Source: Allomuricauda sp.
GTDB taxonomy: Bacteria; Bacteroidota; Bacteroidia; Flavobacteriales; Flavobacteriaceae
Assembly (NCBI GenBank): GCA_050303195.1
Contig: JBNLBG010000006.1
Location: 953-64,952 of the forward strand
Direction: 5' to 3'
DNA: 64,000 nucleotides
Shown: positions 17,955 to 28,900 of the stretch, piece by piece
Layout of the letters: each line of letters begins with the position of its first letter
Numbering within the stretch: the first letter of the stretch is position 1
Translations under genes and position numbers: made by a program
Notes under the pieces: generated by a model
The model's database searches: none
Seen by the model: the letters and a program-made list of their open reading frames with translations, nothing else
What the model was told of the DNA's origin: nothing

Positions 17955-20900
17955 ATGAAAGTTGCCCACCTATTCTATCTTTTTTCAATCCTGATTATTT
18001 GCATCGGCTGCGAAAACAAAACTGCAAACAAAAAAAAGGATTCCAATACAAAAAGCATGTTTACCAGGTTAAGTGCTTCCGAAACAGGAATTGACTTTGA
18101 AAACCATGTGAATCAAACGAACGAATTTAACTGTGTGAACTACACCTATGCCCTTATTGGTGCTGGAGTTGCTACGGGCGATTTCAATAATGATGGCCTC
18201 CAGGATATTTATTTTGTATCCAACCAAAAAACAAACAAACTCTACATAAACAAGGGAGACTTTACTTTTGAGGATATCACCAAAACCTCAAATACCAAAG
18301 ATGATGCAGGCTGGTCAACCGGGGTAGCTACTATAGACATAAACAACGACGGCTGGCTGGATATTTATGTTTGTAAATCTGCCTCATTGAACGACCCTGA
18401 AGAAAGAAGAAATAAACTTTACGTAAACCAAAAGGATGGCACCTTTAGGGAGGAAGCAAAAAAATGGGGATTGGACCATAATGGTTTTTCCATCCAATCG
18501 TATTTTTTTGACTATGATAAGGATGGGGATTTAGATATGTACCTGGTCAATCATAGGGTAGATTTTGAGAATACCCTACGGATTGAGAACCGCAAGAGCC
18601 AAAAATTTTATCCTGAAACATCCGATCAATTGTTCAGAAATGATGGCAATTATTTTACAAACGTTACCCTAGCTTCTGGAATAACCAATAAAGCATGGGG
18701 CTTGAGTGCATCAATTGGCGATTTTAATAATGATGGGTGGCCCGATATTTATGTGGCCAATGATTATATAGCACCGGATATTCTGTATATAAACAGACGC
18801 AATGGTACTTTCTCAAATCAAATAAATACTCGCTTTAAGCACATTAGCTATAGTAGCATGGGCTCCGACTTTGCGGATATCAATAACGATTTCTTGCCGG
18901 ATCTCGTGGTTCTCGAAATGTCAGCCGAAGATCATGTAAGGAGTAAAGAAAATATGCCAACGATGGATGTTGCAAGCTTCAATACCATGGTCAGCAACGA
19001 ATATCATTACCAGTACATGTCCAATGTGCTGCAGCTCAACAATGGCAATGGCTCCTTTAGTGATATTGGCCAACTTGCCGGGGTTGCCAAAACGGACTGG
19101 AGCTGGGCCCCGTTGGTTGCCGATTTCGACAGTGACGGCCATAAAGACATTTTTGTAACAAACGGGATAGAAAGAAATTTCGGTAATCAAGACTATGTCA
19201 GAAAAGTAAAGGAAAATCTCGATGCCAACATCGCCATGACTAAAATGGAGGTCATCGAAATGATGCCTTCAGATAAATTGGAGAATTATTGTTATCGAAA
19301 TAAGGGCGATTTGACCTTTGAGAATATGACATTTGATTGGGGTTTTGGTGAAAAAATGAACTCCAACGGAGTGGCCTATGCCGATTTTGATAATGATGGT
19401 GATTTAGATTTGGTCATGAACAATATGTCGGACCAGGCTGCAGTATACAAGAATAACGCCTCCTACAATTTTATTTCAATTGAACTAGATGGAAATGCCA
19501 ATAACAGACTGGCCATTGGAGCCAAGGTAAAACTCTACCAGAAGAACAATGTTCAATATCAAGAATTGTACACAAGTAGAGGGTATATGTCCGCCGTTTC
19601 AAGCCGTTTGCTTTTTGGATTGGGCGATGATGATACCGTTGAAAGAATTGAAATCGAATGGCCCGATGGTAAAATTTCGTCCCTTAAAAATACTGAGGGC
19701 AACCAGCATTTGGTGGTTCGCCAAAGTGAGGCCGTTTTTGCTCCACCGTCGACTTTCCAAGCAAACCGAAAACTTAGGCCCATAAAGCCAGAAGCACTGG
19801 GTTTTGAGTATACCCATTCTGATAGTGGTTTTGATGACTTTGGTAAACAGGTCTTATTGCCACAAAAATTTTCACAATCAGGTCCGGCAATGGCAGTTGC
19901 AGATGTTAACAACGATGGTCTTCAAGACGTTTTTCTCGGGGGAGCTAGAAACCAAGCTGGCAGCATTTATGTTCAAAAAGATACCGGTTCATTTGAATTG
20001 TTGGCTCAAAACGCGCTCAAAAAAGACAAAGCGTATGAAGATACTGCAGCACTCTTTCTCGATTTTGACAATGATGGTGACCTAGACCTCTACGTTGCAA
20101 GTGGCAGCTATGAATTTGGGCAGAATAGCAGCATGCTGCAAGACCGTTTGTACATGAACGACGGCAGCGGAAATTATAGAAGCTCCTCGCTGTTGCCAAA
20201 TATAGCTTCGAATACAAAAACAGTTCATTCCTTGGACATTGATGACGATGGCCGTCTTGAAATTATAGTGGGTGGCCATGTAAAGTCTGGCCAGTATCCA
20301 TTGGCAGATAAGTCTTACGTTTTAAAATACGATGGGAAGAAGTTCGTAGATGCCACAGCAGAATTTATACCTGAGTTTTCAGAAGTGGGCATGGTCAATG
20401 CGATATCCGTTTCAGATTATGATGGCGATAATGATCTTGATATCATCGTGGCTGGAGAATGGATGCCCATAACCATTTTTGAGAACGTCCAGGGCGCGTT
20501 TGTCAAGGCAGACCTCCCTGAACTTGCCAATACCGAAGGGTGGTGGCAAAGCATTTCAGCAATCGATTTTGACAGAGATGGTGATATGGATTATTTTCTG
20601 GGTAATTTGGGCAAAAACAACAAATTTCATCCTTCCGCAGAAAAACCACTTCACGTCTATGGTAATGATTTTGATGAGGATGGTACTTTTGACATGGTGC
20701 TCAGCAAAACCTACAAGGGAAACCTAGTGCCCGTACGGGGGAAGGAATGTTCTACCCAGCAGAACAGTTTTATTTCAGAAAAACTCCCAACCTATAAAGA
20801 ATTCGCCAATGCCACTTTGATCGATATTTATGGTAAAGAAGAAATTGAAAATTCCGTTCACAAAATGGCAAAAACCTTTGGTTCGGTTTATTTGAGGAAT

Positions 20901-21242
20901 GATGGTCATGGAAATTTTTCTATCATAGATTTACCCAATCAGGCACAAATAGGCCCCATATTGGGCTTTGAATTTTTAGATGTGAACCAAGATGGCCTGA
21001 CCGATGTTTTAGGCATTGGGGGCATTTATGAAAGTGAGGTCGAGACCATAAGGTACGATGCCAATGTTGGTGTCATTTTGGCGAATGATGGAAACGGAGG
21101 TTTTAAACCCTACAAAGACATCAATTTTTATGTAGGCCGCAACGCAAAAAAAATTAAGGAAATAGTCATTAATAATGAAAAGTATTTGCTCATAGCCAAT
21201 AACAATGACAAGCTTACAATTTTTAAAGAAGGTGGAATTTGA
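17955..21242 (+). CDS. FG-GAP/VCBS repeat lipoprotein with an ASPIC/UnbV-like module (CRTAC1-like)
   Basis: Many D-x-D/N-x-D-G repeats (GDFNNDGLQDIYF, IDINNDGWLDIYV, ADFDSDGHKDIFV, ADFDNDGDLDLVM ...). The central segment RLAIGAKVKLY...YTSRGYMSAVSSRLLFGLG is UnbV/ASPIC-like. I chose the ATG at 17955 (MKVAHLFYLFSILIICIGC lipobox); the track start is 17934. Confidence 0.85.
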   Translation: MKVAHLFYLFSILIICIGCENKTANKKKDSNTKSMFTRLSASETGIDFENHVNQTNEFNCVNYTYALIGAGVATGDFNNDGLQDIYFVSNQKTNKLYINKGDFTFEDITKTSNTKDDAGWSTGVATIDINNDGWLDIYVCKSASLNDPEERRNKLYVNQKDGTFREEAKKWGLDHNGFSIQSYFFDYDKDGDLDMYLVNHRVDFENTLRIENRKSQKFYPETSDQLFRNDGNYFTNVTLASGITNKAWGLSASIGDFNNDGWPDIYVANDYIAPDILYINRRNGTFSNQINTRFKHISYSSMGSDFADINNDFLPDLVVLEMSAEDHVRSKENMPTMDVASFNTMVSNEYHYQYMSNVLQLNNGNGSFSDIGQLAGVAKTDWSWAPLVADFDSDGHKDIFVTNGIERNFGNQDYVRKVKENLDANIAMTKMEVIEMMPSDKLENYCYRNKGDLTFENMTFDWGFGEKMNSNGVAYADFDNDGDLDLVMNNMSDQAAVYKNNASYNFISIELDGNANNRLAIGAKVKLYQKNNVQYQELYTSRGYMSAVSSRLLFGLGDDDTVERIEIEWPDGKISSLKNTEGNQHLVVRQSEAVFAPPSTFQANRKLRPIKPEALGFEYTHSDSGFDDFGKQVLLPQKFSQSGPAMAVADVNNDGLQDVFLGGARNQAGSIYVQKDTGSFELLAQNALKKDKAYEDTAALFLDFDNDGDLDLYVASGSYEFGQNSSMLQDRLYMNDGSGNYRSSSLLPNIASNTKTVHSLDIDDDGRLEIIVGGHVKSGQYPLADKSYVLKYDGKKFVDATAEFIPEFSEVGMVNAISVSDYDGDNDLDIIVAGEWMPITIFENVQGAFVKADLPELANTEGWWQSISAIDFDRDGDMDYFLGNLGKNNKFHPSAEKPLHVYGNDFDEDGTFDMVLSKTYKGNLVPVRGKECSTQQNSFISEKLPTYKEFANATLIDIYGKEEIENSVHKMAKTFGSVYLRNDGHGNFSIIDLPNQAQIGPILGFEFLDVNQDGLTDVLGIGGIYESEVETIRYDANVGVILANDGNGGFKPYKDINFYVGRNAKKIKEIVINNEKYLLIANNNDKLTIFKEGGI

Positions 21243-21243
21243 T

Positions 21244-21941
21244 ATGCAGGTAATTAATAGACATTTTTCTTATGCCCTAAAGATTTTCTTGATTTTATGG
21301 GTTGTTTCCTGCGAAAAAAAACGGAGGAAAGACAATCCGAAAAAATATTTTCCCATTTAAAGCCAGCGGTTACAGGAATCCAATTTAAAAATCAGCTCGT
21401 AGAAAACGATTCCCTCAATTATTTCACCTACTCTTATCTCTATATGGGAGGTGGTGTGGCCACCGGCGATATCAACAATGATGGGTTTAATACATCTTTA
21501 TTTTACAGGCCACTCTGGTGGATGTTTATGGCGAAAAGCCTTTGGAATCTTCATTGCACTACCAAGTAAAATCATTTGCAAGTGTTCATCTGGAAAATAA
21601 GGATGGCAAGTTCATTATACATCAATTACAAGGGATGCACAACTTTCCAGTATCAACCAAATTTTGGTAGATGATTATGATAACGATGGTGCTTTGGATT
21701 TTCTGATTGCGGGAAATTTATATGTTTCTGAAGTGGAAACTCTTCGTAATGATGCTGGTTATGGACTTATACTAAAAGGTGATGGAAAAGGGAACTTTCA
21801 AGCCATAAAAGCATAAGAAAGTGGCTTCTTTGTCAAGGGGAATGTCAAAAAAAAAATATGAGCCCCATTGAGGTCAACAATAAAAAGTACCTTCTTGTTG
21901 CCAAAAATAACGACGCCATCCAGTATGAACGTATAAATTAG
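21244..21941 (+). pseudogene. gutted tandem paralog of the FG-GAP/VCBS gene (frameshifts, in-frame stop, large internal deletion)
   Basis: A lipoprotein start MQVINRHFSYALKIFLILWVVSC begins at 21244. The frame is lost in an A8 run (21314-21321), then runs ...SHLKPAVTGIQFKNQL...GGGVATGDINNDG. It then jumps directly to a segment (LVDVYGEKPLESSLHYQVKSFASVHLENKDGKF..., DDYDNDGALDFLIAGNLYVSEVETLRNDAGYGLILKGDGKGNF, VNNKKYLLVAKNNDAIQYERIN*) colinear with the last about 150 aa of the upstream gene. These segments are spread over three frames, with a TAA stop and an A10 run (21847-21856). Confidence 0.8.
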
Positions 21942-21990
21942 GAATGTTCCTCATTCAGAGCAACAATGCCTAGAAAAATACTTTCAAAAA

Positions 21991-23037
21991 TTAATGGGTA
22001 TATGGGTCCAATGTTTCAATAAAGCCATCGGCATTGTGCGTGATTTCAGCCACCTTTATGGATCTTAAGTGGGTCACCCCTTTGGAGAGACTGGAGTCAT
22101 GGTAAAACAAATACCATTTCCCTTCTACTTTACAAATAGAATGGTGAGTGGTCCAACCCACCACTGGGTTTAAGATTCGGCCCGCATAGGTAAATGGTCC
22201 GTATGGGTTTCTGCCTATGGCATAACAAATAAAGTGTGTATCCCCGGTAGAATAGGAAAAATAGTATTTTCCTTGGTGTTTGTGCATCCATGCCGCCTCA
22301 AAAAAGCGACGTTCATTATCTCCTGCCAAAAGTAATTCACCCTTCTCGTCCAAGATTTGGACTTGCTTTGGTTTTTCCGAAAATTCCAAAAGGTCATCGG
22401 TGAGTTTTGTCACTAAGGGCAACAGGGCGGGTTCATCATCTTTGGGCAAATATGCTGTGGGGCTTTCGGGCTGTTCTGATTTGAATTTTCCCGTTCTCCA
22501 ACGCTGAAGTTGTCCGCCCCACAATCCCCCAAAATACATATAATAGCTACCATCCTCGTCTTCAAAGACAGCCGGGTCAATTGAAAAACTATTCTTTATA
22601 GCCTCAGGCTGCGCTACAAACGGTCCTATTGGAGAATCACTTACGGCCACCCCTATCCTGAATATTCCATCAAAGTCTTTTGCCGGAAAATAGAGGTAAT
22701 ATTTACCGTTTTTATGGGCTGCATCGGGAGCCCACATTTGTTTTTCTGCCCAAGGTACATCATTTACATGCAGTGCAACACCATTATCCTTGGCATCTGA
22801 ATGTATGGAATCCATGGAAATTACATGATAGTCTTCCATGGCAAAATGGCTTCCCAAATCATCAAATGCTTCACCAGCATCTATATCATGTGAGGGATAA
22901 ACATATATTTTCCCATCAAAAACATGGGCAGAGGGGTCCGCCGTATAAATATGTTTTACCAAGGGCGAAGAAATGGCTTTTTCGTTCAATTTATCAAAAT
23001 CAATATGTTCAATGGATTCTTCAGGCATATTTAGCAA
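21991..23037 (-). CDS. GH43 family beta-xylosidase/alpha-L-arabinofuranosidase (no signal peptide, probably cytoplasmic)
   Basis: 348 aa. ADPSAHVFDGKIYVYPSHD, MWAPDAAHKNGKYYLYF, IDPAVFEDEDGSYYMYFGG and FEAAWMHKHQGKYYFSYS are GH43 five-bladed propeller motifs with the catalytic D/D/E context. Confidence 0.85.
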   Translation of the reverse strand: MLNMPEESIEHIDFDKLNEKAISSPLVKHIYTADPSAHVFDGKIYVYPSHDIDAGEAFDDLGSHFAMEDYHVISMDSIHSDAKDNGVALHVNDVPWAEKQMWAPDAAHKNGKYYLYFPAKDFDGIFRIGVAVSDSPIGPFVAQPEAIKNSFSIDPAVFEDEDGSYYMYFGGLWGGQLQRWRTGKFKSEQPESPTAYLPKDDEPALLPLVTKLTDDLLEFSEKPKQVQILDEKGELLLAGDNERRFFEAAWMHKHQGKYYFSYSTGDTHFICYAIGRNPYGPFTYAGRILNPVVGWTTHHSICKVEGKWYLFYHDSSLSKGVTHLRSIKVAEITHNADGFIETLDPYTH

Positions 23038-23045
23038 TTTATATT

Positions 23046-24503
23046 CTATTCGTTTCTTCTTTCATTCAATTCAGTCTCTATCTGTACTTCCATTTTCTTG
23101 TTTATTTCGTAAAAGAACAACAAGCCAATCCCGATTAAAAATGGAATTGCTGGATAGATGCTTACCAACATTCGTGTTCCTTGCACGGCACTTTCAGGTT
23201 GAACGATGGCTTCTCCAGCCACCGCGGCTTCCTTAGCAATGTAATGGTACAGTCCCAAAATCCAGGTGACCAATGCACTACCTATGCTCAATCCCCCTTT
23301 AAGCCCTACCATCATTGCTGAAAAAATAATGGCAGTAGCCCGTCGATTGTTCTTCCATTCTGAAAAATCGGCTACATCGGCAATCATGGCCCACAATAAT
23401 GGAATGGTGAGGCCATAGAAAAAGCCATGCAATATTTGTGAAATAAAAATCATTTCCACTGCCGTTTTGGGAAAGAAATAAAAGGCGATTATAAATACCG
23501 TTGATAGAAATAGAGCGATTCTGAACACATCCTTTTTCCCATATTTATCGGCAAACTGTTTTGAAAAGGTAATCCCCACAATCATAAAAATAATTCCTCC
23601 GGCATTGAACAGACCAAAACCAGCCGAAACTGGATTCTCACCAAAAAAATTGACACCTATATCTGATAGAGAATTTATAATGGGACTTATGAAATCCGAT
23701 AGCCTTTCTTTGTTGACGTAATTTTCAAAATAATAGACATATGACCCACCTTTCATTGCCAACGTGATAAAAACCAAGGTCGTTACCACCAACATAATGA
23801 CCCATGGTCTATTTTTGAACAAATCGGTCAAATCTTCTTTGAGGTTGGAATTTTGTTCTGGTTTGGGAACAATCCGTTCTTTGGTGGTCAAAAATGTAAT
23901 GACCAACATAACTGTGCCAATAATTGCCAGCCAGGTCATCACTATTTCTATTCCAACCGCCTTGTCACCGCCCCCCGCAGATTCGATTATGGGCAGCATG
24001 AACACCTGAACAAAGAATTGGGCGAACATTACCGCCACGAAACGATAAGAAGACAAGCTGTTTCTATCTGCCATATCGCCGGTAATCACCCCGCTCAATG
24101 CGGAATAGGGTAGATTATTGGCTGCATATAATAAAAGTAGCAAGGTATAGGTCACTGCCGCGTAAATGACCTTCCCCTTGTAGTCAAAATCGGGGGTGCT
24201 AAAGGCCAACAATGCAACCACGCCAAGGGGAATGGCGGTATATAATATCCAAGGCCTAAACTTTCCCCATCTGGATTTTGTCCTATCGGCCAATGCACCA
24301 ATAATAGGATTAAAACCGAATGCAGCTATAAGGCCCACGGTCAACATAATGGCCGAAGCGTGATTGGTTTCAAGGCCATAGATATCTGTGTAGAAATAGG
24401 CAAGATAGGTCATTAGGGTTTGAAAGACCAGATTGGCAGAAAGGTCTCCCAGACTATATCCGATTTTTTCCTTTACGGATAATTTTTGGGAATTTGTAGT
24501 CAT
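23046..24503 (-). CDS. MFS transporter, glycoside-pentoside-hexuronide (GPH):cation symporter family (xyloside/oligosaccharide uptake)
   Basis: 485 aa, 12 TM. GYSLGDLSANLVFQTLMTYLAYFYTD and ADRTKSRWGKFRPW are GPH family signatures. Confidence 0.85.
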   Translation of the reverse strand: MTTNSQKLSVKEKIGYSLGDLSANLVFQTLMTYLAYFYTDIYGLETNHASAIMLTVGLIAAFGFNPIIGALADRTKSRWGKFRPWILYTAIPLGVVALLAFSTPDFDYKGKVIYAAVTYTLLLLLYAANNLPYSALSGVITGDMADRNSLSSYRFVAVMFAQFFVQVFMLPIIESAGGGDKAVGIEIVMTWLAIIGTVMLVITFLTTKERIVPKPEQNSNLKEDLTDLFKNRPWVIMLVVTTLVFITLAMKGGSYVYYFENYVNKERLSDFISPIINSLSDIGVNFFGENPVSAGFGLFNAGGIIFMIVGITFSKQFADKYGKKDVFRIALFLSTVFIIAFYFFPKTAVEMIFISQILHGFFYGLTIPLLWAMIADVADFSEWKNNRRATAIIFSAMMVGLKGGLSIGSALVTWILGLYHYIAKEAAVAGEAIVQPESAVQGTRMLVSIYPAIPFLIGIGLLFFYEINKKMEVQIETELNERRNE

Positions 24504-24533
24504 TGAAGTATTGTAGTTGATTGTTTATGTTAA

Positions 24534-25673
24534 TCAGTTTGCTTTAAGTGAAAGTACACTATCATAAGCTTTTTTGGGCAGATATTTCCTATCAAAAAGC
24601 AAGGGGTAATTGGAACGCCCTCTTATTGGCCAATTATTTAGCCAGGTGTTTCCATCATTGATGCCCCAAAAAGTAATTCTTTCCATGCTTTCTTTATGTT
24701 TTAGGAAGATTTTAAAAATGTCTTTATACCGCTGTGCCAATTGTATTTTTACAGAGTCTGGCAATTCATTGGGATAAGGGTTCATCTTTTCACTATTTTC
24801 AAAGTTTTGACTGACTTCGGCGCCCTCAAGATCCCAAGGGTTGGGAAGAACAGTGATATCGAGCTCGGTAATGGATACCTTCACCCCTAAATCACTATAG
24901 GTCTTGATACTTTTTTCGATCTCGGTCAAAGAAGGTTGTGTTAACCCCCAGTGCCCCTGCATTCCCACACCATCTATTTTAATGCCTTTTTCTTGTAACC
25001 GTTTTACCAAACGAACCACACCTTCTCTTTTATCTGGGTTGCAAAGGTTATAGTCATTATATAACAATTTTGCATCGGGGTCGGCGGTAGCCGCAAGTTC
25101 AAAAGCGGTCTCAATATAATCTTCTCCCATTACCTTAAAAAAAACAGATTCCCTTAGAGTACCGTCTTCATTTAAGGCTTCATTGACCACATCCCAAGCA
25201 TCAACTTCACCTTTATATCTGTTGACAATGGTGTTGATATGGTTTTTGAGGTAAGTGGCCATAAGGGAGCTATCTATAGTTTGGGACATATAGTCCGCCA
25301 ATTGGCTATGCCAAACCAAGGTATGCCCCAATGTGAACAAATCGTTGTTTTTGCCCAAAGCCACATACCTATCCGATATATCAAAATAAAATGAATCAGG
25401 TTGGGGATGAATGTTCATCCATTTCATTTCATTTTCAGGGCTGATGGCGTTAAATTCTTTGATGAGCAACTGCATTCCCAAAGAATCCCTTTCTTCAATA
25501 AGTTGTCTGTTTATGGCCACTCCAATTAGAAAATCATTGGAAAAGGCTTTTTTAAGCGTCAATACTTCTTGGGTATCTCTATCCTTTGGGGTGTTGTTTT
25601 CACCGCAGGCATGTAGCATTACTAAAATGCCCATAAAACACAAAAACATGCCTTTCTTTCTATTCTTATTCAT
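24534..25673 (-). CDS. GH10 endo-1,4-beta-xylanase, lipoprotein
   Basis: 379 aa. Lipobox LHACG. GHTLVWHSQ, the acid/base motif WDVVNEA and the nucleophile motif VSITELDI. Confidence 0.9.
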   Translation of the reverse strand: MNKNRKKGMFLCFMGILVMLHACGENNTPKDRDTQEVLTLKKAFSNDFLIGVAINRQLIEERDSLGMQLLIKEFNAISPENEMKWMNIHPQPDSFYFDISDRYVALGKNNDLFTLGHTLVWHSQLADYMSQTIDSSLMATYLKNHINTIVNRYKGEVDAWDVVNEALNEDGTLRESVFFKVMGEDYIETAFELAATADPDAKLLYNDYNLCNPDKREGVVRLVKRLQEKGIKIDGVGMQGHWGLTQPSLTEIEKSIKTYSDLGVKVSITELDITVLPNPWDLEGAEVSQNFENSEKMNPYPNELPDSVKIQLAQRYKDIFKIFLKHKESMERITFWGINDGNTWLNNWPIRGRSNYPLLFDRKYLPKKAYDSVLSLKAN

Positions 25674-25786
25674 GGAATGATATTAAAAAAAGTCACTAAG
25701 GTTCCATTCATATCCATGAATAAAAACCTTGGCCATCTTACAAGTTCTCAAGCATTAAAGATTGCATAATTTAGGGAAAACCAATA

Positions 25787-25819
25787 CTACAAATGGGGCA
25801 GTGTATGAAACATTTGTAG
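25787..25819. repeat. perfect 9-bp inverted repeat ctacaaatg / catttgtag with a 15-nt spacer, between the HTCS 3' end and the GH10 start
   Basis: Arms at 25787-25795 and 25811-25819. Could be the HTCS terminator hairpin or an operator of the GH10 operon. Confidence 0.4.
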
Positions 25820-25936
25820 CATAACATAGGCATGGGACAAACCCGTAGGAAAAAGTATCTGTAACAAGTCCATACTTAAGTAGGCATGGAAAAAATTGTC
25901 CTTTACCCTGGGATACAAGCACACACAATGCTTTCC

Positions 25937-28900
25937 TTATTTCAATTCCGTAGGCAATACACCAAACTGTGCCTTAAAACATTTGGTAAAGTAGGATGGA
26001 GACGAAAATCCTACTTTGTAGCACACCTCACTTATCGACTCCGTGCCGTTTTCAATAAATCGCTTAGCATGTTCCAAACGTATTTTGCGCAAAAACTCTG
26101 TTACCGTAAGACCGGTCATTGCCTTGATTTTACGATACAACTGACTTCGGCTCAGGTGTAACTCTTCTGCCAAGGATTCAACATTGAGATTCTCATCTGC
26201 AATATTCTTTGTGATATAATTCAACACCTGGGTCATAAAATTCTTGTCCAAGGAGGAGGTGCTATCCGGAATTTTAAAGTTATCCGAATCACTTAAATAT
26301 TTATTGAACAAAACCTGTCTACTCTGAATTATCTGCTTGAGCTGCGCTCGAAGAACCTTCATCTCAAATGGTTTTCGTAAGTAAATATCCGCACCAGAAT
26401 CAATTCCCTTGACCCAATCCTCGGTCATTGCCTTTGCAGTCAACATCAGCACTGGGATATGGCTTGTTTTTAAATCCCGCCTGATCCGTTTACAAAACTC
26501 GAACCCATCCATTTCAGACATTATCACATCGGTAAGAATTAAATCTGGAAGTCTTTTTAGGGCAATTTCCAGCCCCTGTACCCCATTGACAGCCTCAAAT
26601 ATGGTGTATTCACCTTTAAGTTCATTCTTGAGGTACGTCCGTAATTCAGCATTGTCCTCTACAATGAGCAGTGTTCTGTTTGAACCAGTGCGGGTATATT
26701 CCACTTCAAGATTATCTTCGGGCAATGGTAAAACAGCGAGATTGTTTTCGGAGTCAGGAGGGCACAAAAGTTCATTATCTTTAAAATGATCTTTGCCCAA
26801 GGGCAGAAAAATCCTAAACTTAGTCCCAACGCCTTCTTCGCTCTCTACAATGACCTTACCCTTTAATAGATCCACAAAACTCTTGACCATTTCCAAGCCA
26901 ATACCTGTGCCTCCGTAATACTGGCTGTTCATTTCCTTTACTTGATAGAACCGTTCAAAGATTTTTTCAAGCTCCTCTTTTTTAATGCCAAGCCCTGTAT
27001 CCTCAATATATATCTCCAAAGTCTGTGCCTTTTCTTGACCATCAATTAATGGAAAAACAATTTCCTGTCCGGATCGAAAAACACCAATGGTAATAAATCC
27101 ATTATCCGGGGTTATTTTAAACGCATTGGAGAGAATGTTAAAAATAACTTTTTCCAAAAGTAAGGGATCACTCCATAAAGCTATCTGGTCATCATCTGAT
27201 TCTACCAAGAGAATAATGTTGCGTAATGCGGCTTCTTCTTGAAAATGCTCTGCAATCTCGGTAACAAATGATATGGCTTCCAGCTCAGAGGCCTTAGTGG
27301 AAAACTTATTGATCTCCAGCTTTCTAAAATCCATCAATTCGTCAATAAGACGTTTTAGCCTTGAGGTATTTTTGTGTATGGTCCGAAGTTTTTCATGGGT
27401 TATTCTAGACAGTTTATGCCTTGAATTGGAGAGTACATCTTCCAGCGGGTTTAAAATAAGTGTCAATGGAGTTCTAAACTCATGTGAAATGTTGGTGAAG
27501 AACTGTATCTTTTTATCATTCAGGGCCTCTTCCTGAGTTCTTCTTTCCCTTTCGGCCTCTACTGCTCTTTTTTCACGAATTCGTTGCGAAATGAACTTAG
27601 CTGAGAAATAGGAAATAAGAAGTATGAAGACTATGTAAGACACCAAAGCCAAATTGGTGGCCCACCAAGGGCTAAGAATGGTTATTCTCAAGGTTTTTGG
27701 TATTTCGTTCCATACTTCATCATTGTTCGCGGCCTTTACTTTAAACGTGTAGTCGCCAGGTGAGAGGTTGGTATAGGTAGCGCTTCGGGTTTGACCAACA
27801 TAGTTCCATGTATCGTCAAAACCTTCTAAAATATAAGCGTACTGGTTTTTTTTGGGTCTGGTAAAATTTATAGCGGCATATTCTATGGTAAATACGGATT
27901 GTTTGTGTTTTAATGTGAGTTCATCGGTCTGGGCAATTACCTTATCCAACGGAGATTCTTCATCATTCGGCCCCACTCTTTTATTGAAAAGTCTCAGGTC
28001 TGTGAAGTATACCTCCGGTTTATTGGTATTGGTCTTTACATGATCTGGATCGATATAATTGATTCCTCCGTAGTTTCCAAAATAAAGTAATCCATCACGA
28101 TCCTTAAACGCCGAATTAAAGTAAAAGTCATTTGCCAACAACCCATCATTGATATCGAAATTTTTAAACACTTGATTTTCAATATCCAAATGAGACAACC
28201 CATTGTTCCCTCCTATCCAAAGGTCTCCATTATCGTCTTCCAAGATTGAGGCAATGGTTTCTTGTTTTAAACCATCATTTTGCCCATACCACGAAAAACT
28301 GTCACTAAGGGGATCGTACTTACAAAGACCAGCGCCATCCGTACCGATCCAAATATTGCCCCGGCCATCTTCGTGCAAAGACACAACGGCATCAACAACA
28401 AGGGGGTTTCCCAAACTTTTATACATGGGAACCCTAAGTGGAATTGCTTTCTGTTTCTCTATGGGTGTCCCATTACCCTCAAGCTTATAGAGGCCTGCTG
28501 TGGTCCCCATCCAAATATTTTTGTTCTTATCAACAAGTACTATGCGCATATCACCTTCCCCAGGAGTTGGGTCATCAAATATCTGTTCATTGTGGTGAAC
28601 AAACCTTTTTTGTTTTGGATGATACGAGTGCAACCCTCCCACATAGGAGCCTATCCATATGGTTCCTTGTGCATCTTCCTCAAAACTCATGATGCGATCA
28701 GACTTTAGTCCCCCACCTGAGTTTGAAGCTGTATAATTGATAAAGGTTTTGGAACCGTTGGGCAAATAATAAATCCCTGAATTCCAAGTACCCACCCATA
28801 CATTATTGCCGCTATCAACAAAAAGAGCCATAACGTCCTCTGCACTTAAATAGGCACCGAAGGAATTTTTTGGATTGATCAGGTGCACTATATTTCGGGT

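Noticed and set aside
18420-18425. TACGTA hexamers inside coding regions (18420, 53263, 56865)
   Set aside because: They are isolated, have no flanking arms and are not near promoters, which is consistent with the background expectation. I did not scan coding sequence exhaustively.
21297-21569. 90-aa ORF reported in the track as a possible gene
   Set aside because: It is only one frame-fragment of the gutted FG-GAP/VCBS paralog. It is reported as part of the pseudogene at 21244-21941 instead.
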